DNA from: Aliivibrio fischeri ES114
GTDB taxonomy: Bacteria; Pseudomonadota; Gammaproteobacteria; Enterobacterales; Vibrionaceae
Strand: one strand, 5' to 3'
DNA: 32,000 bases
Assembly (NCBI RefSeq): GCF_000011805.1
Contig: NC_006841.2
The position numbers and the translations under genes are program-made. Of the stretch, positions 21,042-29,609 are shown piece after piece. Within the stretch, counting starts at the first letter, position 1. Each line of letters opens with the position of its first letter. The notes under the pieces are model-generated. The model searched no databases. It was not told where the DNA came from and worked only from the letters and a program-made list of their open reading frames with translations.

Positions 21042-22499
21042 TTAAGCGTTCAAAATTGCTTTCATTTCTGCTGCAACTTTGTCTACTTTTCCTAAGCCAA
21101 TAATGACTTGTAAACCACCTTTACCCATTGGAACAACGCCTGCTGCACCAAGAGCTTTTAATTTTGCACTGTCAGCAAGGGCTGAGTCTTTTACCGTTAA
21201 ACGTAAACGAGTAATACAGTTATCTACTTCAACAATATTATCTGCACCACCAATCGCTTCGATATACGCTTTTGTTACTTCTGTGATGTTTTCTTCTTGC
21301 TCATCTTTATTCATGTCTTCGCCACGGCCAGGAGTTAAGAAGTTGAATTTCTTAATCGCAAATCTAAAGATAGTGTAGTAAAGAACAAAGAATACAAGAC
21401 CTTGTGGGATCAACATGTACCATTTTACAGCTAGTGGGTTTTGACTTGAAAGAACAAAGTCAACAAGACCTGCAGAGAAACCAAAACCTGCCATCCATTC
21501 CATGCTTGCTGCAATGAATAGAGATAGGCCTGTTAAGATTGCATGAATTAGGTATAACCATGGAGCAAGGAACATGAAGCTAAACTCTAGAGGTTCAGTG
21601 ATACCTGTAAAGAATGAAGCCATTGCAGCTGCAAGCATGATAGAGAATACCGCAGCTTTGTTACGTTTTTCAGCACAGTGGTAAATAGCAAGTGCAGCGC
21701 CTGGAAGACCAAACATCATTATAGGGAAGAAACCAGCTTGGTACATACCTGTTTGGCCTGGAATACCAGTACCATTAGCAATAGACTGTGCGCCACCTAA
21801 GAAGTTTGGAATATCGTTAATACCAACAACATCAAACCAGAATACAGGGTAAAGTGCATGGTGCATACCAACAGTTAGCATTAAGCGGTTAAAGAAACCA
21901 AATAGGCCAGCGCCAACAGCTCCCATTGATTGAAGTTGTGTACCAAAAGCGATCAATGCATCAAAAATAGCAGGCCATACGTACAGAAGAACGAATGATA
22001 AAGCCATACCTGCAATTGAAGTAAGGATCGGAACCAGACGTTTACCACTGAAGAAAGCTAATGCTTTAGGTAATTCAACCGTTGAGTATTTGTTGTAAAT
22101 TTCAGCTGAAATAATACCAACGATAATACCAACAAATTGGTTATTGATTTTACCAAATGCAGCAGGAACTTGATCCAAAGGAATGTTTTCAAGCTGAGCC
22201 ACTACCGCAGGAGAAAGAAGGGTGGTAACCACAGTGAAAGAGATGAAACCAGCTAATGCTGCAGAACCGTTTTTATCTTTACTTAAACCAAATGCCACAC
22301 CAATAGCAAAAAGCATTGGCATTACATCAATAATGGCACCACCTGATTTGATTAAGAAAGCAGCAAAAACACTGTTTGCACCCCAACCAGTCGGATCCAT
22401 CCAGTAACCAACACCCATTAATATTGCCGCAGCAGGAAGCGTAGCGACGGGAACCATCAGCGCTTTACCGACTTTTTGCATGTAACCTAATACACTCAT
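21042..22499 (-). CDS. PTS glucose/N-acetylglucosamine-family transporter subunit EIICB (no EIIA domain)
   Basis: 485 aa. The N-terminus MSVLGYMQKVGKALMVPVATLPAAAIL, the segments GFFPIMMFGLPGAALA and GITEPLEFSFMFLAP, and the C-terminal EIIB motif NCITRLRL (phospho-Cys) match the family. It looks closer to E. coli NagE than to PtsG by eye. A strong RBS (GAGGAA) is present. Confidence 0.9.
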   Translation of the reverse strand: MSVLGYMQKVGKALMVPVATLPAAAILMGVGYWMDPTGWGANSVFAAFLIKSGGAIIDVMPMLFAIGVAFGLSKDKNGSAALAGFISFTVVTTLLSPAVVAQLENIPLDQVPAAFGKINNQFVGIIVGIISAEIYNKYSTVELPKALAFFSGKRLVPILTSIAGMALSFVLLYVWPAIFDALIAFGTQLQSMGAVGAGLFGFFNRLMLTVGMHHALYPVFWFDVVGINDIPNFLGGAQSIANGTGIPGQTGMYQAGFFPIMMFGLPGAALAIYHCAEKRNKAAVFSIMLAAAMASFFTGITEPLEFSFMFLAPWLYLIHAILTGLSLFIAASMEWMAGFGFSAGLVDFVLSSQNPLAVKWYMLIPQGLVFFVLYYTIFRFAIKKFNFLTPGRGEDMNKDEQEENITEVTKAYIEAIGGADNIVEVDNCITRLRLTVKDSALADSAKLKALGAAGVVPMGKGGLQVIIGLGKVDKVAAEMKAILNA

Positions 22500-22574
22500 A
22501 TCGTATTCCTCAAAATTAATCTGTTATTTTTTAAACTAAGAGAAGAATACAAAAGGGTGGATTAACAAAAGATT

Positions 22575-22606
22575 GTGCCAACATTAACTATAGTTAATGT
22601 TGGCAC
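22575..22606 (-). terminator. Terminator hairpin downstream of nnrS
   Basis: Perfect 14-bp inverted repeat GTGCCAACATTAAC-TATA-GTTAATGTTGGCAC. On the minus strand it is followed by AATCTTTTGTT. Confidence 0.7.
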
Positions 22607-22653
22607 TTTAAGAATTAAAATGTGAGTGAGATCTAATTAATTCGAGGCGTAAA

Positions 22654-23838
22654 TTAACCTGGATGTCCATCTACGCGTTTTGACCATAGCATAGGCGCAA
22701 AATGCCAAATGAATAGCCCAAATGCGATAGTCCAGAGAATTGCAGCAATGTTGATCATATCGAGCATATATTCAGGAAATGCAATTACTCCAAATGAACG
22801 GATAAATGCCGCTAAGATGATGGCGCTATAAGCAACCCACATTGACGGGCCTTTATAGATCTCACGGCCAGTATGTCCCATAGTTACTCGAGCAATCATA
22901 GCTAAAATAACGCCGCCTAAGGCACCAATAGCAAATAAATGAATTCCTGTATGAGAGATAAAATAATCGGTACTGAAACCACGTAACAATAAGCTTAGTG
23001 GGATACATAAATAGCCAGCATGAAGTGACCAAACTAGTGGTTCACTCAGTGTTTTATATCCTTTCCAACGGATCATTCTGATTAATTGAGCAACGCCTGC
23101 AATAATCATCAGATATGGACTTACTTGTTCTGACGTTAGAGGGAAAAAGCTCAAAATAAAGAGCATAGCTAATGGGATATTACATAACGCATCTAACCAA
23201 AGAATTGGTTGTGCCTTTTCAAACTGAAAGCGACGAGCGGTAAAAAAAGGAATGACACGAGCACCCATTACGGAAAGTAATAAAGTAAACCACCAAAGCA
23301 TAGACTCCCAAACTGCAGCAGAAGTAAAAGGGGGCATTCCTTTGATCGTTGCATAACTAGCAAAGTTGGCTGCGATAGCCACTAAAAATAATGGAATGAA
23401 AAAGAAGTTTCTCACACCTTTTGTTTTAATTACACGGAAACCTACTTCATAGGCAATAGCAAGTATAAATAGGGCCTCTATGCTTGATGTTAGCCATAGT
23501 GGAGATGGAGTCCAAAATAAAACTCTTGGTAATAACCATAATAAGACAATGAACCCGAGACGTTTATTGGATGTACCTTTAACCCCAGTCCAGTTTTGAA
23601 CCGCACTTAAAACAAAGCCGGCAACAATAGCCATAGAAAAACCAAACAACATTTCGTGAACATGCCACCACAGTGCAGGAACTTGTAGGTAAGCCGGTTG
23701 ACCCGTTTGGAAAGCCCAAACCCAAATTACGACGGCGATAATTGCATAAATGCTGCCTAGTAAGAAGAAAGGACGAAAGCCTAAGCGTAGGATCGGTGGG
23801 ATCTTTTCTTCAATGGCTTTATCAGTAATATTTATCAT
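22654..23838 (-). CDS. nnrS: NnrS-family haem/copper membrane protein (nitrosative-stress associated)
   Basis: 394-aa polytopic protein. The N-terminus LRLGFRPFFLLGSIYAI...WWHVHEMLFGF is typical of the NnrS family. An NsrR-like operator lies upstream. Confidence 0.88.
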   Translation of the reverse strand: MINITDKAIEEKIPPILRLGFRPFFLLGSIYAIIAVVIWVWAFQTGQPAYLQVPALWWHVHEMLFGFSMAIVAGFVLSAVQNWTGVKGTSNKRLGFIVLLWLLPRVLFWTPSPLWLTSSIEALFILAIAYEVGFRVIKTKGVRNFFFIPLFLVAIAANFASYATIKGMPPFTSAAVWESMLWWFTLLLSVMGARVIPFFTARRFQFEKAQPILWLDALCNIPLAMLFILSFFPLTSEQVSPYLMIIAGVAQLIRMIRWKGYKTLSEPLVWSLHAGYLCIPLSLLLRGFSTDYFISHTGIHLFAIGALGGVILAMIARVTMGHTGREIYKGPSMWVAYSAIILAAFIRSFGVIAFPEYMLDMINIAAILWTIAFGLFIWHFAPMLWSKRVDGHPG

Positions 23839-23892
23839 AATTTGTTCTCAATTTTTAGTGACAAAACAAGTATAACGCAAAGGGAAAATAAT

Positions 23893-23915
23893 AACATGTA
23901 TTTTTTATGCATGTT
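23893..23915. promoter_or_regulatory. Candidate NsrR operator in the nnrS / hydrolase divergent region
   Basis: AACATGTAT-TTTTT-ATGCATGTT is an inverted repeat with one mismatch, of the form ATGyAT-N5-ATrCAT. That is the gammaproteobacterial NsrR motif as I recall it. It lies 55-77 bp upstream of the nnrS ATG and overlaps the likely -35 of a TATACT -10 element (23869-23874, minus strand). Confidence 0.6.
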
Positions 23916-24036
23916 TAAGAGGTTCATTCTCTTTTTTTGTGATTGTTGTGTAAATGTTAATTAATTAGAACAATAACTCGACTTTAATAAGCCATCAGTT
24001 AAGATGAATCCATAAAAGCAATAAATGGAATAATGT

Positions 24037-24891
24037 ATGAGTCAGAAGATTTACTTTGGTACTGAAAACAAATTCAGTGTTAAGCGCAGCGCTTTGAATG
24101 TCGTTACTCGTTTGCATCATTTGCTAATTCCAAGTCATGCAAAGAAAATGGGAAGGAAATTATTACTGACACCAGTAAGAACAAAGCCGAAAAACACTGA
24201 GCCAAATGGATTAATTAAAAGTAAATTAACCTCTACCGAAGGAACTCTTAGTTTATATAAGCTGGGGCAAGGTCCTATTTGGGTATTGGCTCATGGTTGG
24301 TCAGGTAATTCGAGTCAATTTTATCCATTGATGGAATACATTGCATCGAAGGGGTTTACAGCCATTGCGTTTGATCATCCTGCTCATGGTGAGAGTGAAG
24401 GAAAACACGCTCATTTACCTGCATTTATTGAGGGCTTAAATGCGGTATTGGACTCTTGTGATGAAGTTGCAGGTGTCATTGCACATAGTATGGGGACATC
24501 AGCGGTATTGGAATGTCGTCATTATCAATTGGAACAGACCCCATTGTTATTGATTGCGCCGGTTTTAAATTATACCGAAAACTTGTTTAGTAGCATTGAG
24601 CGTTCAGGCTATTCAATGAAGCTGTTTACAGCCATCGTTGGGGATATTGAGGAGCAGTACCAGAGAACCATCGATAGTTTTAATCCGTATCAACGATTGC
24701 AACAAAGAGAAACTCAAACAATTATCGTACATGATAAAGAAGATCGTTTTTCTAGTTTTGAGCTTTCAAAAGCGGCAGCAGAACATATTGAACAAGTAAT
24801 TTTATACCCAACAATCGGTTTAGGTCATGGGCGTGTAATGGCAAGTGAAGAGGCTAAAAAAGCGTTTGATGAGTTATCTAAGTCGAATTAA
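24037..24891 (+). CDS. Alpha/beta-fold hydrolase (serine hydrolase)
   Basis: 284 aa. HGWSGN (oxyanion region), the nucleophile elbow AHSMG, and the late D and H in VHDKEDRF and GLGHG fit a Ser-Asp-His triad order. Confidence 0.8.
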   Translation: MSQKIYFGTENKFSVKRSALNVVTRLHHLLIPSHAKKMGRKLLLTPVRTKPKNTEPNGLIKSKLTSTEGTLSLYKLGQGPIWVLAHGWSGNSSQFYPLMEYIASKGFTAIAFDHPAHGESEGKHAHLPAFIEGLNAVLDSCDEVAGVIAHSMGTSAVLECRHYQLEQTPLLLIAPVLNYTENLFSSIERSGYSMKLFTAIVGDIEEQYQRTIDSFNPYQRLQQRETQTIIVHDKEDRFSSFELSKAAAEHIEQVILYPTIGLGHGRVMASEEAKKAFDELSKSN

Positions 24892-24944
24892 GTTTTTATG
24901 ATTTTTGCTTCAGTTATTCGTAAATAATGGGCTGAATAAAAGCT

Positions 24945-24984
24945 AAAGCCGATGCATAAAAAACACTATGCATCGGCTTTTTTA
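24945..24984. terminator. Bidirectional intrinsic terminator between the hydrolase and acyltransferase genes
   Basis: A 14-bp perfect stem AAAGCCGATGCATA/TATGCATCGGCTTT with an 8-nt loop is followed by TTTTTT. It abuts the minus-strand stop codon at 24985. Confidence 0.85.
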
Positions 24985-26037
24985 TTATCGGAATAACATT
25001 TGTCTGAATGGTGTTTTATCCATGATTAAAACAAATAAGGTAGATGCTGTTGCTGTACCAAATACAATGACAAAATCTCGCATTGCTAATGTTATTCCCA
25101 TCATTCCGGTAATATTTAAGAACACGACCACAAATAGCAAATGGCAAACGTAAATGCCAAGAACATGTTTACTTAACGTGAAAGTGATAGGGTGATGGCC
25201 AAGTTGTGGTTTAGATAATAAAAGAAAAAACACGCCAATTCCCATTAATGGAGTGCCAATTAAAAAGTCATGCAAGTTAAAAGGTACATCAAACTGAGTT
25301 AACCAATACGCCTCACTAAAATGAATAGCAAAACCAACCAATAATAAAATCAAAGCGTTAGTTGATGAAAGCGTAATCTCTCTTCTTCGTAATTCAAATC
25401 CGATGACCACCATTAAGGTACTAAAGAAAGGGCCATTTCGAGTAAAAAATGGAGTCCAAACTTCAGTGAGTGTTTGATAGCTACCGCCAGCAAGACCGTA
25501 TACATATAAGATCACAGCGATAGGGATAAGCCATGTCGTCTTTTTAAAGTGAATTAATAACCCAATAATTGATACGGCGATAATGAGTGCAGGGATAAAC
25601 CATAAGTGCACCATACCACCTTCAAACAAGGCGTTTAATGGGTTCTGTGTTAACCAATTCCAGTAACCAGTACGCTCTGCTAGATACCCATTTTCAGCGA
25701 CTTTTCTCCAATGAAAAGGCAAAGCTAAACTTAACACGCTCCATACTATCCATATTTTAAATAAAGGAGCACAGTATGATTGGATCGTTTTTAAAGGAGT
25801 ATGCGTTAATTTAGGTTGAATAAAATAACCAGATAAAATGAAAAAGAAAGGAACCGCAAAACGGGTTAGCTGGTTAAATATATTGCCGAAAACTGGGAAA
25901 TCATCCATTAGTAGATAAGTCATGAAAACTTGTGAGTGTAAAGCGATGATCGCGAACATAGCAAGAAGGCGTCCTAACTCTAAGCTAGCGATTTTATTTG
26001 TATTTTCCATTATGAATACCATTAAATTTTTCGACAA
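24985..26037 (-). CDS. Acyltransferase family 3 (OafA/YrhL-like) integral membrane protein
   Basis: About 340-350 aa with about 10 hydrophobic helices. The N-terminal pattern LELGRLLAMFAIIALH...FAVPFFFILSGYF is characteristic of acyltransferase_3. The start is uncertain: TTG at 26037, or ATG at 26022 or 26010. Confidence 0.78.
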   Translation of the reverse strand: MSKNLMVFIMENTNKIASLELGRLLAMFAIIALHSQVFMTYLLMDDFPVFGNIFNQLTRFAVPFFFILSGYFIQPKLTHTPLKTIQSYCAPLFKIWIVWSVLSLALPFHWRKVAENGYLAERTGYWNWLTQNPLNALFEGGMVHLWFIPALIIAVSIIGLLIHFKKTTWLIPIAVILYVYGLAGGSYQTLTEVWTPFFTRNGPFFSTLMVVIGFELRRREITLSSTNALILLLVGFAIHFSEAYWLTQFDVPFNLHDFLIGTPLMGIGVFFLLLSKPQLGHHPITFTLSKHVLGIYVCHLLFVVVFLNITGMMGITLAMRDFVIVFGTATASTLFVLIMDKTPFRQMLFR

Positions 26038-26170
26038 TCTACCAATCTGTTTTTTAATAAAATATGAGATAGATTAATTTTGTAGAGGTTGAGCAGAAGA
26101 TGTTTACGAAATTGAGATTGCTTTCACATATAAGATTTACTTTTGAAAATGAAATTATTTGATAAACGCA

Positions 26171-26201
26171 TTGACCTTCCCCTAAGTGGAGGCTTTAGTA
26201 T
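26171..26201 (+). promoter_or_regulatory. MerR-family (CueR-type) promoter/operator with a 19-bp spacer
   Basis: TTGACC (26171-26176) is followed by a 19-nt spacer and then TAGTAT (26196-26201). The spacer holds the imperfect dyad ACCTTCCCCTAAGTGGAGGCT. Its left half is identical to the E. coli copA operator ACCTTCCCCTTGCTGGAAGGT as I remember it. It lies 23 bp upstream of the first ORF of the cus cluster. Confidence 0.7.
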
Positions 26202-26223
26202 GGGTTCAATTCTTTAATGTAGA

Positions 26224-26619
26224 GTGTTATTTGTGATTACTTCTTTTTCTAAATGGTTAGTGACAAGCGTTACGCTGATGGCATTAGTGCTATCTAGTGT
26301 TGCGTATAGCTACCCAATGAAAATGGAAGTGACAAACACTGATATGCAGCATCATGCAAGTATGGAATCTGATTGCCATTCAACACAAAGTGATACTGTA
26401 GAGTGTAATATGGGCTCTATGAAAATGAGTATTGATCATCATTGTTCAGGTAAAGGTGAAACTTGTTGTAAGACGGCGTGCGTCACTTCAATCTGCGCTT
26501 TACCTTCAAATTTATATACTTATATTCATTCAGCAGAATCAGTAATTAATTACATCCAATATAATGAACAGCCTCGTTCATTTGTTGCTTCCTCTTTGTT
26601 TCGACCTCCTATTCTTTAA
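26224..26619 (+). CDS. Secreted Cys/His/Met-rich small protein; putative metal-binding (CopL-like?) first gene of the cus cluster
   Basis: 131-aa ORF with a GTG start at 26224 or 26233. Signal-peptide-like N-terminus ...LMALVLSSVAYS/YP. The mature part carries 7 Cys, 7 His and 9 Met, including DCH, HHC, ETCCKTACVTSIC and a C-terminal LFRPPIL. Confidence 0.65.
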   Translation: MLFVITSFSKWLVTSVTLMALVLSSVAYSYPMKMEVTNTDMQHHASMESDCHSTQSDTVECNMGSMKMSIDHHCSGKGETCCKTACVTSICALPSNLYTYIHSAESVINYIQYNEQPRSFVASSLFRPPIL

Positions 26620-26794
26620 TTCCAATGAATACCAATCTCAGTAAATAGTTTACTTCGTTAATTCTGAACGCTTGCTTACTGTGGTTGATATAAAACTCAT
26701 TAAATCAATTAGCTAAATAGTTTTTCCTTTCTATTTAACGGTTTAATTATGGTGATGATCTGTAGATAGATTGCGCCATTATTGGAATGATCTT

Positions 26795-28129
26795 ATGAAA
26801 AAATTACCACTTATACGTTTTAAAAAAGCGTGGTTAGTTTCTGCTATCTCTATAGTTCTATCACATCAAGTGATGGCAGAAGAACAATTAACACAATTGA
26901 TAGAACAAGCATTGTCATCTGATGCAAGCAGAGAGCAGATATACGCACAATCTCAAGCAATGCGAGCAACAGGTATTGCAAATTCAACTTTAGCGGATCC
27001 TACTCTCAAAGTAGGATTTGGCGGTTTACCTGTTGATAGCTTCAAGTTCGATGAAGATCCAATGACGAATATATCCGTTGGATTAATGCAGAAATTTGGT
27101 CGTGGCTCAAGTTTGGACCTACAACAAAAGCAAATGGGCCAACAAGCAGATGTATTAGCGATGCAAGTTCAAGTTCGTGAATTAGAGGTTGCCAATGCAA
27201 TTAGTCAGTTGTGGATTGAACTTGGATTTTTACAAAAAGCAGAAGCGATCTTACATGAAAATCGTCGTTTACTGACTGAAATGGAATCGTATATCAATAC
27301 TAATTACTCTATTGGTAAAAGTGAAAGCCAAGACTTATTGCAAGCGCAATTACAACTCACTCGTTTAGATGAAAAAGTGCAGACCAATAAGCAATCACAA
27401 GAGCGAATTTATGCACAGCTATCAGAGTGGTTACCGAATTTACCTCAGCAGCAATTAGATAAAATCAGGCCACTTCACTGGGATTATTTAGATCAAATTT
27501 TGGAGAGAAATGCTCATAGTTCTACTGATTTTTATGAGTTATTAAAAACCAACCCAACAATAAAAATGAGTGAATTAGCAATTGTTGCGACAAAAACAAA
27601 AGTCGATATTGCTGATGAATCTTATTCGCCCCAATTTGGTGTAGAAGTGATGTATGCCTATCGTCAAGCTAATGGTATGGGTGGTCAACCCGCATCAGAT
27701 TTAGTTAGTGCTTATGTCACTATGGATATCCCTTTATTTACAGACAAGCGCCAAGATCAGAATTATGCAGCAGCTCAATATCAAGTTGGCTCTGCGAAAT
27801 CACAGCGTGATGTGTTACTGCGTCAAATGAACGCAAAAGTGAACGCATTATTAGTGGATAAAAGTAATTTGGAACAGCGTCTTTCTCGTTATAACGAAAC
27901 GTTATTGCCTCAATCAAAAGAGAGAACGAAAGCGGTCGAGCGCGGTTATGAGAATAATACCGCTCAATTTAATGACGTCATTATAGCCTCTAATGATGAG
28001 TTAAGTTTAGAACTAGAAAAACAACGTTTAATGAGTGATTTAGATAAAACAAACAGTAACTTAGCATTTTATCTCAATGGGTTTGATTACCACATATCAG
28101 CACCACAACTAGCACCATCTGAGAATTAA
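26795..28129 (+). CDS. cusC: Outer-membrane efflux protein (TolC/CusC family) of the HME-RND system
   Basis: The ORF track entry 26771-28129 (TTG) is trimmed to the ATG at 26795 (MKKLPLIRFKK...). It has a signal peptide ending VMA/EE with no lipobox Cys. Two tandem OEP-type repeats with coiled-coil Q/L-rich segments are present. It lies directly upstream of cusB and cusA. Confidence 0.85.
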   Translation: MKKLPLIRFKKAWLVSAISIVLSHQVMAEEQLTQLIEQALSSDASREQIYAQSQAMRATGIANSTLADPTLKVGFGGLPVDSFKFDEDPMTNISVGLMQKFGRGSSLDLQQKQMGQQADVLAMQVQVRELEVANAISQLWIELGFLQKAEAILHENRRLLTEMESYINTNYSIGKSESQDLLQAQLQLTRLDEKVQTNKQSQERIYAQLSEWLPNLPQQQLDKIRPLHWDYLDQILERNAHSSTDFYELLKTNPTIKMSELAIVATKTKVDIADESYSPQFGVEVMYAYRQANGMGGQPASDLVSAYVTMDIPLFTDKRQDQNYAAAQYQVGSAKSQRDVLLRQMNAKVNALLVDKSNLEQRLSRYNETLLPQSKERTKAVERGYENNTAQFNDVIIASNDELSLELEKQRLMSDLDKTNSNLAFYLNGFDYHISAPQLAPSEN

Positions 28130-28139
28130 GGAAGAAAAT

Positions 28140-29609
28140 ATGAAGTCATTTAAAATCGCCGTACTTTCAGTTGTTATTGGTGGTGTAATTGGTGCTGGAA
28201 GCATGAATTTCTATTCAGCACATTCAATGAATATGATGCCGAAGAATCAGGATACACCATCAGTAAGTTCGAGTAATGAACCTTTGTATTGGGTGGCTCC
28301 AATGGATGCAAATTATCGTCGTGATAAACCGGGTAAGTCACCTATGGGAATGGATTTAGTTCCAGTGTATGCCGATGATGCTCAAGGTGAGAAAGCACCG
28401 GTAGGAACCGTGACGATTGATCCAAGCGTTGTTAATAATCTTGGTGTGAAAAGTGCGTTTGTAGAGAAATCAATTCTCTCTCCAAATATAGATACTGTCG
28501 GTTACATTGCTTTTGATGAAAGTAAATTATGGCAAGTCAACGTACGAGCGGCGGGTTGGGTTGAGAAACTGAATATCAACGCGATTGGCGAGCGGGTAAA
28601 TAAAGGCGATGTACTATTTACACTTTATTCACCGGAGTTAGTTAAAGCACAAGAAGAGTTGTTGAATGCCTATCGAACAGGTCGTAAAGGTTTGGTTAAA
28701 GGTGCGAGAGAACGTTTGTATTCATTAGGTGTTGATAAAGTCCAGGTTAACTCTATTGTTAGGTCTGGTAAAGCTAATAAAAATATAGAGATAAAAGCAA
28801 GTTCTAATGGTGTTATCGCGAGTTTAAATATTCGAGAAGGAGGCTATTTGTCACCGTCACAAATCGTGATAACCGCTGGTCCACTTGAAGATATATGGGT
28901 TGATGCTGAGGTATTTGAACGTCAAGCTTATTGGTTATCTTCGGGAAATAAAGCGGTGATGACACTGGATGCGATCCCAGGAAAAATGTGGGAAGGCGAA
29001 GTGGATTACGTTTATCCCATTCTAGATCCAAAAACTCGTACTATGCGTATGCGCTTGAAGTTTGATAATCAAGATGGCGCATTAAAACCAAATATGTTTG
29101 CCAATATAACAATACAACCAAAAACCAAAGAAGAAGTGTTAACCATTCCTCGCCAGTCTGTTATCCGTTCAGGTGGTATGACACGAGTGGTATTAGATGA
29201 AGGAAATGGTAAGTATCGTTCTGCTCGAATAGTGATTGGACGAGAAGCTGGCAATAAAGCAGAAGTCGTTAAGGGACTGAAAGAAAACAATAAAGTAGTT
29301 ACATCAGCTCAATTCTTATTAGATTCAGAATCCAGCAAAACCGCAGAACTAAGCCGAATTAATGGACCAGAAAACAGTATTTGGATCTCTGGTGATATTA
29401 CGATGTTAATGGCTGATTTTGGCATGGTTACTTTTGAGCATAGAGCCGTTTCACAATGGGATTGGAAAGCAGGAGAAATGAACTTCTCGGTTGAAAATAA
29501 CATTGATCTCTCTACTTTTCGTGAAGGTGAAGCCGTTCAGTTTTTAGTGCAAAAAGACAATGATGAATTCAAATTACTAGAAATTGAAAAAGAAGGGGAA
29601 GCATTATGA
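28140..29609 (+). CDS. cusB: RND periplasmic adaptor (CusB family) with a fused C-terminal CusF-like domain
   Basis: 489 aa. The N-terminal metal site [27 protein letters not shown] is collinear with E. coli CusB LYWYDPMYPNTRFDKPGKSPFMDMDLVP, with all three Met conserved. HlyD-like barrel-sandwich/beta-barrel regions follow. The last ~79 aa align to CusF. Confidence 0.9.
   Translation: MKSFKIAVLSVVIGGVIGAGSMNFYSAHSMNMMPKNQDTPSVSSSNEPLYWVAPMDANYRRDKPGKSPMGMDLVPVYADDAQGEKAPVGTVTIDPSVVNNLGVKSAFVEKSILSPNIDTVGYIAFDESKLWQVNVRAAGWVEKLNINAIGERVNKGDVLFTLYSPELVKAQEELLNAYRTGRKGLVKGARERLYSLGVDKVQVNSIVRSGKANKNIEIKASSNGVIASLNIREGGYLSPSQIVITAGPLEDIWVDAEVFERQAYWLSSGNKAVMTLDAIPGKMWEGEVDYVYPILDPKTRTMRMRLKFDNQDGALKPNMFANITIQPKTKEEVLTIPRQSVIRSGGMTRVVLDEGNGKYRSARIVIGREAGNKAEVVKGLKENNKVVTSAQFLLDSESSKTAELSRINGPENSIWISGDITMLMADFGMVTFEHRAVSQWDWKAGEMNFSVENNIDLSTFREGEAVQFLVQKDNDEFKLLEIEKEGEAL

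Noticed and set aside
26100-26162. 20-aa ORF (MFTKLRLLSHIRFTFENEII) upstream of the CueR-type promoter
   Set aside because: It has a poorly spaced RBS-like GAGG (11 nt) and no motif. It lies upstream of the predicted -35, so the metal-responsive promoter would not transcribe it.
17581-26223. The whole variable segment as a genomic island or defence island
   Set aside because: It has no integrase, transposase, flanking direct repeats or tRNA boundary. It carries no nuclease, helicase, methylase or toxin-antitoxin signatures. Its base composition looks like the flanking core by eye. The genes are ordinary accessory metabolism and regulation.
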